From Haliotis rubra (taxonomy: Eukaryota): DNA of 64,000 bases. Positions 1 through 11,260 of the stretch are shown here, piece by piece. How positions within the stretch are numbered: the first letter of the stretch is position 1; every line of letters starts with the position of its first letter. The notes below the pieces were generated by a model. That model saw only the letters and a list, made by a program, of their open reading frames with translations, was not told the DNA's origin and searched no databases. The stretch spans positions 1,054,001-1,118,000 of the forward strand of contig NW_025766978.1 in assembly GCF_003918875.1 (NCBI RefSeq). The letters are read 5' to 3'. Position numbers and translations under genes: made by a program.

Positions 1-895
1 TTGTCTACCAGCTAGCGAGCCTGACTACCCGATCCCGAGATAAAGAAATAAGAGAAGAGATATGAATTCGTGCTGTCGACCATTTGTTTGATGTGATTAC
101 AAACAGTCCACTAAGCATCCTTGAGATTAACCGCAATAACATGTACTGTCCTAAAAGTGTGAGTCATACTAGATTCGTTTAATGAGATTATTTTTTAGTC
201 AGCAATTTACGTACAGTAAAAATGATGATGATGATAATAATAATAAGACTATATCTTTACTTTTAATACTTCATAGTGAATTGTAAAGATGGTATACGAT
301 GGAAAACTATGTTGAGAGGCAAACGTAGACAATGTGACGTCGACAGCGTCATAACTATTGTGACGCAGTCAAACATTACATTTGTATTACCTCAACAATA
401 GTATAGAATTTTGTGTGTGAATATTTATGAGCTCGATCATCTGGAATATTATGCATAATAAACAAACTATATCAAGCACAGTTCAAACGGCTTTTCATTG
501 ACACCATTACGAATTTTTGATGACTGAGAATTCCCCTGTGCTTAGATAAAAAATGGTTGAAGAATTGAAAATAATTTCCGCACCTGTCTCCATTTCAGGC
601 AGTTCCTTATTTGAACAACTTGGCTTTTTGCATTTGTTGACATGAGATATGTATTGTGACGTCAAGTTCAATCAGGTAAACGGCCTGAAAACAAAGATCC
701 ACTAAACACAGCCTCCCACACCGAATGACGATACACAGTAACACAGAAAACATATAACAATAAAATAATCACTAAGCTGGCATTATGTCTGTCCGCTGAG
801 GATCAATGTGATGGAATGGTTTGACTTGGTCTGACTGTATCACTCCCGGCTCACAATGACTAATTTACATGTCATCACTGTTGTACAGCTATGTA

Positions 896-1545
896 TGACA
901 AAGGTGTGTCTTGACGGTCTACATCATCACGTCATCACAGGTGTGTCTTGACGGTCTACATCATCACGTCATCACAGGTGTGTCTTGACGGTCTACATCA
1001 TCACGTCATCACAGGTGTGTCTTGACTGAGGTACGTGTCTATATCAGCACGTCATCACAGGTGTGTCTTGACGGATGTATGTGTCTATATCATCACGTCA
1101 TCACAGGTGTATCTTCACTGAGGTACATGTCTATATCATCACGTCATCACAGGTGTGTCTTGACGGATGTACGTGTCTATATCATCACGTCATCACAGGT
1201 GTGTCTTGACGGATGTACGTGTCTATATCATCACGTCATCACAGGTGTGTCTTGACTGAGGTACATGTCTATATCATCACGTCATCACAGGTGTGTCTTC
1301 ACTGAGGTACATGTCTATAGCATCACGTCATCACAGGTGTGTCTTCACTGAGGTACATGTCTATATCATCACGTCATCACAGGTGTGTCTTGACTGAGGT
1401 ACATGTCTACATCATCGCGTCATCACAGGTGTGTCTTGACTGAGGTACATGTATATACCATCACATCATCACAGGTGTGTCTTGACTGATGTACGTGTCT
1501 ATAGCATCACGTCATCACAGGTGTGTCTTCACTGAGGTATATTTA
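896..1545. repeat. Minisatellite, three 37-bp units followed by 46-bp units
   Basis: Unit AGGTGTGTCTTGACGGTCTACATCATCACGTCATCAC at 902/939/976, then AGGTGTGTCTTGACTGAGGTACATGTCTATATCATCACGTCATCAC-type units from 1013. Confidence 0.95.
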
Positions 1546-1785
1546 TCACCACGTTTTTACAATAGTATGCATGACAAAGGTGTGTCTAAAAATATACCAA
1601 AATATATGTCTACATCATGCATCACACAGGTGTGCGTTTACTATTTCGTATCTCGGTATGCCATCACCAGTGTGGACACCGTTGCAATACACCGCCATGA
1701 GTTGAATCCCTAGAACACAGGGTCGACTACATGTAACTGGTTCGAATCCTGTTTTCTGCCAAATATGACCATTTGTCTGATTCAT

Positions 1786-1862
1786 TATTATATTATTATT
1801 ATTATTATAGGATATTTATATAGCGCACATATCCACGCACTAGCGCATGCTCAAGGCGCTGG
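1786..1862 (-). mobile_element. SINE/LINE 3' tail fragment with (TAA)n end
   Basis: (ATT)n run followed by TATAGCGC...CAAGGCGCT; a similar tail starts the element at 22971. Confidence 0.4.
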
Positions 1863-3423
1863 TATTTTTTTTATATTTATTTTTTTTGTCTGATTCATCT
1901 ACGTATAACGAAAGTTGACAATATACCTGGTCAAGTGTACCTGTCAACCAAAACTCATCTGGAACGTCATCGCACACTCACTCACTCACTCCCCTATCCC
2001 TGCAGCGGTTGCAGTTGGTGGTAATGAACCTCAGATGACGTCAGTAAGGACGCTCTCTGTGATGATAACATCTACACTCATTCATAATTCACTTCAACCC
2101 CAGAAACATATTACTGCAGAAGCAATTATATCCTTGTGTGTGCAATCACATGAACATATCTAGATTGCGTGATCTCAATGAGATAATAGTTCATTATTGT
2201 GAGGGGTTGATAACGTCATGCGTTACATAATGTTTAGACTAAATAAATATTAAAGCGGGAGAAATACCATCACAAGCCAGATATAGACAATATTTCCGAG
2301 TGTCGAATGAAGTGTTTCCGACGTGCAACACCTAACGCTGTAGTGGGTCCATTATCACATCATGTTAAACACGTCACTCTGACTCAGCGTCAGTAACAAC
2401 GACACTTGTCGTCACGACGACAGTAATCAAGGGACGTTATCACCAGAGATGGGGTGTATATTTCAGTTTGGACAAAGCACGCAGTTTCAATCAATATCTA
2501 TAACAAGGTTTTGAATTAAGAATTCACAGAAAGACAACTATGGAATAGCGCGTAAACACTTGTATTTTTACTACTACGGACTTCTGCAAAATATGCAGAA
2601 TTTCATATGAAACATAAGCAACATATTGTATATTTAATATATGCGCAAATATATGTACAATGTCAATGATTAATCATACCAATCTTGTCACCGTCTTGTC
2701 AATGCTTGTAATCAGGATTGTTGTTCTTAATTGTTTTTGTGTTTGTTTTATTTGTTCTCTATTTTTTGTATTTTATTTGTTTGGGGTTTTTTGTTTGTTT
2801 TTGGGGGGAGGGTTTTATGAGATGGGGTTAGGTATTTTATTGCTGCTTTTGGGGGGTTCTTGTCTTGATGTACCATTATGCAATGGCACTTGGTCAGACA
2901 TAATATAATTAGCATTAACGCCACGCGGGAGAACCCAACTTCGTGTCCGACCCCGCGGGGGTGGGTAGACGCAAGGCTCACCATAGTGCAAGACAATCTA
3001 GATAACGATGTCTCCTAATTTCGTTAGTCCCATGTGAGCTGGAACACGCGATCCTTCGTGCCGAGACGTGCTTGTCTCCTTCCGAAAAACCTGTTGACTT
3101 TCTGCCATTTTATTTGCCTAATGTATCTAATGTGAGACACGTGCAAAAAGAAATAATAAATTAATCACAGGAAATGAAAATTGGATTGGAATCGTGTGCG
3201 CTCATTTTTTCCACGTTCATCGTTTGAATGTGAAAACAGATTTTTTTTCAGTGTCTGGACTTCTTTTTTTATGTGTGTCACGGTACACAATGTCTGTGTA
3301 CTGGGTACAACTGTAGTTGAAACTACAACACGTTCCCTATTCTTGGAAGCAACAATATGTACACGCGTTTAAAAAAATCGCTGTATGAAAGTGTGCTGCA
3401 GATATTTTCATGTGTTTGCAAGT

Positions 3424-4384
3424 GTTGGTGGTATCTGTGGGGCAGGATGAACACCTGGTGGAATCTGTGGGGCAGGATGAACACCTGGTGGAATCTGTGG
3501 GGCAGGATCAACACCTGGTGGCATCTGTGGGGCAGGATCAACACCTGGTGGCATCTGTGGGGCAGGATCAACACCTGGTGGCATCTGTGGGGCAGGATCA
3601 ACACCTGGTGGCATCTGTGGGGCAGGATCAACACCTGGTGGCATCTGTGGGGCAGGATCAACACCTGGTGGTGGCTTCTGGTGGGGGCAGGATCAACACC
3701 TGGTGGCATCTGTGGGGCAGGATCAACACCTGGTGGTATCTGTGGGGCAGGATGAACACCTGGTGGCATCTGTGGGGCAGGATCAACACCTGGTGGCATC
3801 TGTGGGGCAGGATCAACACCTGGTGGCATCTGTGGGGCAGGATCAACACCTGGTGGCATCTGTGGGGCAGGATCAACACCTGGTGGCATCTGTGGGGCAG
3901 GATCAACACCTGGTGGCATCTGTGGGGCAGGATCAACACCTGGTGGCATCTGTGGGGCAGGATCAACACCTGGTGGCATCTGTGGGGCAGGATCAACACC
4001 TGGTGGCATCTGTGGGGCAGGATGAACACCTGGTGGCATCTGTGGGGCAGGATCAACACCTGGTGGCATCTGTGGGGCAGGATCAACACCTGGTGGCATC
4101 TGTGGGGCAGGATCAACACCTGGTGGCATCTGTGGGGCAGGATCAACACCTGGTGGCATCTGTGCATCAACACCTGGTGGCATCTGGGGCAGGATCAACA
4201 CCTGGTGGCATCTGTGGGGCAGGATCAACACCTGGTGGCATCTGTGGGGCAGGATCAACACCTGGTGGCATCTGTGGGGCAGGATCAACACCTGGTGGCA
4301 TCTGTGGGGCAGGATCAACACCTGGTGGGGCAGGATCAACACCTGGTGGCATCTGTGGGGCAGGATCAACACCTGGTGGCATCA
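3424..4384. repeat. 30-bp GC-rich minisatellite, about 32 copies
   Basis: Unit CAACACCTGGTGGCATCTGTGGGGCAGGAT; irregular units near 3670, 4165-4185 and 4327. Confidence 0.97.
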
Positions 4385-4480
4385 TATTTTATGGACACAT
4401 ACTTATGACTCATTAGATGTCTCATGGATGTGGAAAGGGTTTTGTTGCTTTTATATCCATGGCAAGTTCTGATGTGTTCT

Positions 4481-4659
4481 GATCGGGTGGTCAGGCTCGC
4501 TGACTTGGTTGACACATGTCATCGGTTTCCAACTGCGCAGATCGATGTTCATGCTTTTGATCACTGGATTGTCTGGTCCAGACTCTATTATTTACAGACC
4601 GCCGCCATATAGCTGGAATATTGCTGAGTGCGGCGTAAATCTAAACTTACTCACTCACT
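4481..4659 (+). mobile_element. SINE family A, 5'-truncated copy
   Basis: GATCGGGTGGTCAGGCTCGCTGAC...GCCATATAGCTGGAATATTGCTGAGTGCGGCGTAAA plus (ACTC)n tail; homologous to copies at 1-37(-), 19005(-), 21916, 29514, 43928, 50941 and 60616. Confidence 0.85.
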
Positions 4660-4935
4660 GATGTGTTCTGTATGTCAATATAGTTCCCTGTTATGTTCTG
4701 TATGTCAATATAGTTTCCTGTTATGTTCTGTATGGCATTACAGTTTCCTGTTATGTTCTGTATGTCAATATAGTTTCCTGTTATGTTCTGTATGTCAATA
4801 TAGTTTCCTGTTATGTTCTGTATGGCATTATAGTTTATGTTATGTTCTGTATGTCAATATAGTTTCCTGTTATGTTCTGTATGTCAATATAGTTCCCTGT
4901 TATGTTCTGTATGGCATTATAGTTTTCTATTATGT
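4660..4935. repeat. 30-bp AT-rich minisatellite, about 9 copies
   Basis: Unit TTATGTTCTGTATGTCAATATAGTTTCCTG, directly abutting the SINE tail. Confidence 0.93.
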
Positions 4936-5149
4936 TTCATATCGCCACATAATGTCATGCAAGTGCTCTGCTTGGTACTGTAGTGTGCTCTTTATGGCAA
5001 CAGAGTATCCCTGTGCGCCCTCCTTGACATTATAATGTCCTGTTGTCTTGTTCTGCAATATGGTGTTCTGTTTAGTTCTGCATAACAATAAAATAGCCTG
5101 ATCTGTTTGATTGGCATTTTAGAAGTTGGTGAGTAATAAGAAAGTAAGA

Positions 5150-5261
5150 TTCTTTATGGATAACAACTTCTTTATTATATATGATGCGACGTTTCGGTAT
5201 GGATTCTTATACCGTTGTCAAGCAAGAGACAACTTCTTGTTTGACAAGGGCTTAAGAATCC
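5150..5261 (-). mobile_element. Penelope-like element terminal remnant with an inverted partial duplicate
   Basis: Minus strand reads TTGCTTGACAACGGTATAAGAATCCATACCGAAACGTCGCATC...AATAAAGAAGTTG; a partial copy TTGTTTGACAAGGGCTTAAGAATCC sits in the opposite orientation at 5237-5261. Confidence 0.55.
5185..5224 (-). ncRNA. Minimal type I hammerhead ribozyme (U3/A8 variant)
   Basis: Stem I TGC/GCA; core UUGACAA; one extra C; stem II GGTAT/ATACC with 8-nt loop; GAAA; palindromic ACGU helix III; GUC cleavage triplet. Confidence 0.6.
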
Positions 5262-6353
5262 GTGCTTTTATAAGATCGGAAAAATCAGTGCAAACAAATC
5301 CCCATTTTGTCAGTATCCCCAGAAACAGATGCCGTGTGGTGTAAATGGGAACTATTGTGGGTGTTCCTTTGTACATTAAACTGTTCCGTTTATTAATGTT
5401 ATGAGCATTACTGTTGTGTTCCAGTGAAATGAGAGCATGAAACTGAAAGTGTAATTGTAAAAGTACATTGTCTGAAAGTTTCATAATGTTTTGTTAACGA
5501 TACAGTTTTCATATCAGCATAGCCACGCCTGCTTGAACCTGAATCCACACAACTGACATTGCGCCGGTTGTAATCACTTATCACATGATAGCGACTGAAT
5601 ACAGACACTCATGTATTAACGATTTACTGTTCTAACATCACCCACCCGCTTTGACGATATATTTGAGACTGTTAATACGTTAAGCCTGAAGAGATTATTA
5701 ACGCTCCACTCATTCACTTGCAATGTAAATAATGTTAGTTAACCGGCAGTAAATATTTGCCAGTCTTTAACAATACATGGATGCCTTGCCTACCCACCTA
5801 TGTGTGGGTTTATTAGAACTGTTTAAAACATAGGGCTGGGGACACTTCAAAACTAGGATCACTTTAAATGCGGTATTCGATTTCTCCATCTTTTGTAGTT
5901 ATTGCCAGTGTAAACAGGTTAATTTGGAGCAGCGGACGGGACATGCAAAAGCTATTTACTTCAAACTGATTAAATAACACACAACGGGAAATAATAGATT
6001 TTATGCTGGCTAAATATGATGATTATAAATTTCACTTGTAAACATTTGCATTGGTCGTTGTTCCAACAAAGGCTTTCATCTTACCTAAACAGCGATGAAA
6101 TGAGATTTCCGTCAGAACGTTGATGGCAGTAACAGCGCAGAACGTCAGCGTGTGCGGTGACGTAGAAGAATGAAATAAGAACACTTGTCATTTGTTATTG
6201 TCGTAAGCCAACTACATGATCTGAAAATTTCATCGATTGAAAGATGTTTCAGTCAACACAAGACCACTGGAACATCTTCTAATATCTTGGTTGGTGGGAG
6301 ATGCTTAGGTTCAATGTCAATTTACATATCATATCCTATTTGTTGAATCGCCA

Positions 6354-6760
6354 TATGTGCGTGTGTGTGTGCCTATGTGTGTGTGTGTGTATGTGTGCGT
6401 GTGTGTCTGCGTGTATGTGCGTGCGCGCGCGTGTGTGTGTGTGTGTGTGTGCGGTGTCTGTGTGCGTGCAGTGTGTGTCTGTGTGCGTGCGATGTGTGTG
6501 TGTCTGTGTGCGTGCGGTGTCACTGTGCGTGCGGTGTGTGTCTGTGTGCGTGCGGTGTGTGTGTATTTATGTGTGCGGTGTGTGTCTGTGTGTAGCTATA
6601 TTGATGTTTGTGCCTGTGTACGTGAGGGCGTGTATGTGTGCGAGAGTGTGCGTGCGTGCCCGTGTATGTGTGTGTGCGGATGTGTTGCTCTGTGTGTATC
6701 TGTGTGACTGTGAGTGTGTACGTGAGAGCGAATATGTGTGCGTGCGTGTATGTATGTGTG
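6354..6760. repeat. Degenerate (GT)n/(GC)n microsatellite
   Basis: Long alternating purine-pyrimidine tract seen directly. Confidence 0.97.
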
Positions 6761-8366
6761 ATATCAGACTTGTCTTATGACGAGATGACTGCAGATTGTG
6801 TATTACAGAATTTATATATTCAAAATGATAAAATCTAACTAATATATCATAAAAATATCAGCGCTGATAGTGATCACGCAGATGTCGACTCAAATTAAGT
6901 AAAAAGATATGAATAACATTAATGACTAATGTTTGCGTGGAAATATGAATTTGATCATGATACCGGAATTAATACCGTCACAATGAAAGGCTTAGGTACA
7001 AATGAGCTTTTTGTGCCTTAACATTAGTCTATGCAAAGTCAGTGAAATGGAAACAGTTTTCAAAACTGTTAATAACATATTGAAAATTGATATCACTATT
7101 ATTAATATGCTTATTAGGAATGTACTTGTATTTGAACACTTTGAATCTTTAAAATATTTAATGTTATAGATATTTAATGTTACAACAGCATTTTTAACAC
7201 GAAGCTTAATAGACATACCAAAATCGGTTTCCATGATTTCAAGTATTTTGGAGTAAACAACTCAACACCATGTACACATTGTTCCTAGTATAGACACATA
7301 TGTGGATACAATGGAACCAAAGCGACAATATCGTTCCATTGTAAGTACATAACGGTACATGACAATTAGAATAGATTACAGCATTTGTATTAGACGCTTT
7401 ACATTGGCAACAATAATCCAACCTAATGGAATGTATCGAAGTACACTTTACGGTAGGTTTTAAACAAAATAAAGGCACATGAAACGCCCGTCTTATACTT
7501 TAGGAGACTAACTGACCATTTTAGTATTCATCCCAAGCCTACTGACCAGGCAAATGCCCATGTGTCTTTCATCATGTGAACAATTCTACCGGTTATCTGG
7601 TGGACAGGGACAGTAGAATGTCCATGTTAATTTCCCTGTGTCAAACAGTTACAATTTTACATCAAGTTAACAACACCACTCACAGGATCTATGAATATAT
7701 CTCTCAACACTTCAGTGAAGGCTGACGGGTAATTTCCCTTTCAGTGGGATGTATTTCAATATCGTCACGTGACCATATCCAATTTTGCTGAACAATACTT
7801 CAAGTGACCTTTAATTCGATTATTTAGGGGAATAATTTACTACCCTAATAACACAGCGTTGTCGCTGTACTGTCTGTCAATACCCCCGAGCTATTAGTAC
7901 AACAAATCACACACTCCGATGCATATTTCACCAAATCTTTGGTTATCAATTTCTAAATGAATATGCTTAACGACTGAGTGGCGCTGTAATTGACCGATGT
8001 TGATTTCATCAGTGACATGCCCTATAAAGGGTTACGGACTGTTATAGGTGTCAAAATGGGAAATCGACACGTGTGGATTATACGAACGACATTGCCTTGC
8101 CGCAGTTGCGGATGATCGATTAGATAATTATGGATCTACTTTTAGATCAAGCTGAAAATATGATGTGAAAATGTCTGATTTTGTTTGAAACAATACCGAG
8201 AGATATATTGATTGAAGCATTAAGTGCTATTCCCCGGGTTTTTCGATTCGGAAATATTTTGATAACTATTTTTAAAGAAGTCGATATCACATACATGTGT
8301 ATTATGACTTTACCTCTCTAAATGCATGTGTTCTTGTTTTCATAAACTCGAGATTCTGGGTTTAAA

Positions 8367-8476
8367 TTAATGATACAATACTTGTTGATGGATCTTACTT
8401 AATGATACAATACTTGTAGATGGAGTTTACTTAATGATACAATACTTGTTGATGGATTTTTCGTAATGATACAATA
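8367..8476. repeat. 32-bp tandem repeat, about 3.4 copies
   Basis: Unit TTAATGATACAATACTTGTTGATGGATCTTAC. Confidence 0.85.
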
Positions 8477-8764
8477 GTCGAAGAAAAATCACATGTTCAT
8501 TTATTGAATGCAAAGTTCCATGGCTTTCACACAATCCGGACGAGCTGTATCAAAAAACACCAAGAAAACCAACTGGCCTCTAAACGTGAAGCGTTCCTCA
8601 TAGTTAAAGAGTATTCCTCAATTAGATCAATCAGAGATCGATGACGGTAATTACAGTAGAACAATCAAGATTCTGGACGATACCAAAACGCATGCATGTA
8701 TTAATACCAGAGTAACTAGCGACCATACAGGAACATCACAGATCCTCACCATATACATACAGCC

Positions 8765-9560
8765 GGCGCGCTGTTCCATGAAGCGATCTTAGGGCGACCT
8801 TTAACGTGAATGCTAACTCCATTCTACTGTCAGTTCAGTTCTTTATTGTGTGGTACTTTAGTGTGGGCCAAAGCCCTTAAATGTAATATCTGATCCACCA
8901 TAAAATAGTTGGCCTTCTTGACCATAAGCAGAAATTGAGGACGCTGTTCCACGCAGCGACCTTTGAGCTAACCTGCGAGTCGTAACTACCGCAGCCATTC
9001 AAATCTTAACGCAATTGTTTATTTCCTTACTTGCGTTAGCCAATGGATCTTGCTACAATGGTCCACGGTGCAGTGAGTGGTCCAACCAAGGACCATTATA
9101 GTTACATTTACAACAGAAGCAGATGCAGCTTCAAGAAAATACCAAACAAGCTGAATTTCTGTTTAGAGGAGATAATCATGTTGTATTTAATCTGAATCAG
9201 ATGAGTAAAATATTTATTATGAATTTATCGTCGTGGTGCTAATTCTTCCTTCCTCAAGTCGGTTTTGTACGTACGTCTGTCGTAACTGTTATACTTATCA
9301 TTGATTTACGACAGTCCTGCCAGGTCGATCAGTTTGAACACATGGGTAAAAAGTACCCTCCACAATGTGATTTTACCCTTATGCGTACGGTGGTCGTAAC
9401 TCCGATAATCTACGATAGATTTACGATAGTCATAACTGGAAGACCAGTTTGAAAATATAGGCTAAGGTTCCGTCTACAATGGCATCTTAGCGTTATGCGT
9501 ATTATTGTCGTAACTTCGATATTTTAGCATAGATTTATCGATAGTCGTAGAGTTATGATC
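8765..9560. mobile_element. Decayed non-autonomous DNA transposon remnants rich in TCGTAA/TTACGA motifs
   Basis: Similar ends GCTGTTCCATGAAGCGA (8770) and GCTGTTCCACGCAGCGA (8943); the same motif clusters recur at 19433-19490 and 50860-51360. Superfamily not determined. Confidence 0.4.
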
Positions 9561-9839
9561 AATGCGTGCCACTGGGACACTGTCTATTTCCGGAACGAGA
9601 TCTAAATGGCACGACTGGTGGTTTGATAAAGAGGCGCAATAGTCGAAGCATAAAATGACCAAGTTTTTATCTTCTAAATATTGACTGCTAATCAAAAGTA
9701 GTTCCCCCTTTGTCGAGGCATTACTTTATTATCTATGGTTTTCATTGTGTTATTGTAATATAATTGCATTCTTTGTTAGCTTATTCATAATTGTGTCTAA
9801 ACATGGTATTTTAGCACAGCTTGGAGCAGACTTTGAACT

Positions 9840-11260
9840 GATTTTCGTGGTAAGGTAGCAGAATCTCAAGCTGGTGTTACAGGTTACACTCAAGTATAGT
9901 GGAGGCCCTGCAAAAACAAACTACCTTTTTGAAAAGCCATTGCCATGAATTTAAGATTAATGTAAAAACAAATAAAAACAAAATTCGTTGTCTTTAAGAA
10001 TGGCGGTAAATTGTCCAAATCAGACAAGTGTCTGCATATCGGAGATACTTAGATCTTGCTGAGGGGTATAAATATCACAGTGTCCATTTTGCCAATACGT
10101 TATCATGGTTTCACCATGGGACGAAAGGTCTTCAGGGGCATTTACAGGAATTTAAAGAAATTGGGCAATGTAAATTTCAAAACTTTTTTCAAAATATTTG
10201 ATACAAAAATTAAACAAATTCTGTTATATGTGGCAGAGGTTTGTGGGTTTACTAGTTTGGAAAAGGTTCACTTGTAAGCGTGTAAAAATACGTTTTAGGA
10301 ATTGAATTGAATACCCCAAATGTGATGATTTATGGTGAATGTGGACAGTAGAAGCACAGATAAAAGTATAAAAATATTAGGTAAAGCTCAAAACTTGGAT
10401 ATGCCTGTGTCAAGATTTCCTAAGAAATATAACATGCTGTGTTTGTTTGACACTAACGGAAAATCTAATTGGTTAGCGAATGTCAGAAATTTACTAAATC
10501 ACACAATTAGTTTCCTAAATATGTCACAAATATTTTTTGCCCAAGGTAAGTTTATAATGCCATTTCACAAAGATGAAAGATATGTACATTCAGACCTTCT
10601 CTGTCATACAGACCCTGAAACAAACAAAATATCGAAGAAATCCCATGCAAGGCAGAATATGTGGCAAGTCTAGATTTCAACAGTGAAGAAAGTCTGTGAG
10701 CTCATTTTCATTATATTGCATGCTTATTTGTTATGAACAGTTTTTTCTGTAAAATATGTTCATTTCAGAGACTAGATGTCCAATTCAGACCTGGAATTCA
10801 TCTTTAAAATCGTCGCCAAAATTCACTTTTTACAGTACTTTTAAATCTGTTCAAAATGCAGAGAAATATCGCCACGATACTTATCTAAGAAATTTCTTCG
10901 TTTCATTATCATAATTTAGATGTTCTTCACGTGATCATATGATCAAGAAGGGTAGATATTAGAATATTCAAGAGAAAACAGATCGTGTAAATTTTTTCCA
11001 CTTTTTGTTGATATGTCCTTACGACACTGATTTTAAGGACAAAATATCTACCGCAATATTACCAAACATAAACTAATATGTGTAAATCTAATTTGTTACT
11101 GAACGCTATTAATGCAAGGAATAGTCGCAAACTTCGATGTATATCCACCATGCTTTTGTATATAGATACAACTGTCTGCAAACATTGTGACTGTATGCCT
11201 TTGTTTCTATTTGACTTTGTACTACAGGCCTGTAGCCTCCTCGGCACTGGAATAAAGAAG
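9840..11260 (+). mobile_element. Degenerate non-LTR retrotransposon (LINE), RT C-terminal half
   Basis: Frameshifted motifs ESQAG, VFKNGGKLSK, FKIFDTKIKQILLYVAEVCG and FRCSS...IKKGRY, ending near AATAAAG at 11250. Clade (RTE-X/CR1-L2 group) uncertain. Confidence 0.7.

Noticed and set aside
3323-4416. Pro-rich (PQMPPGVDPA)n shell-matrix-like protein
   Set aside because: Most frames on both strands are open because of the 30-bp period. There are frame-breaking irregular units, non-synonymous variants and no signal peptide.
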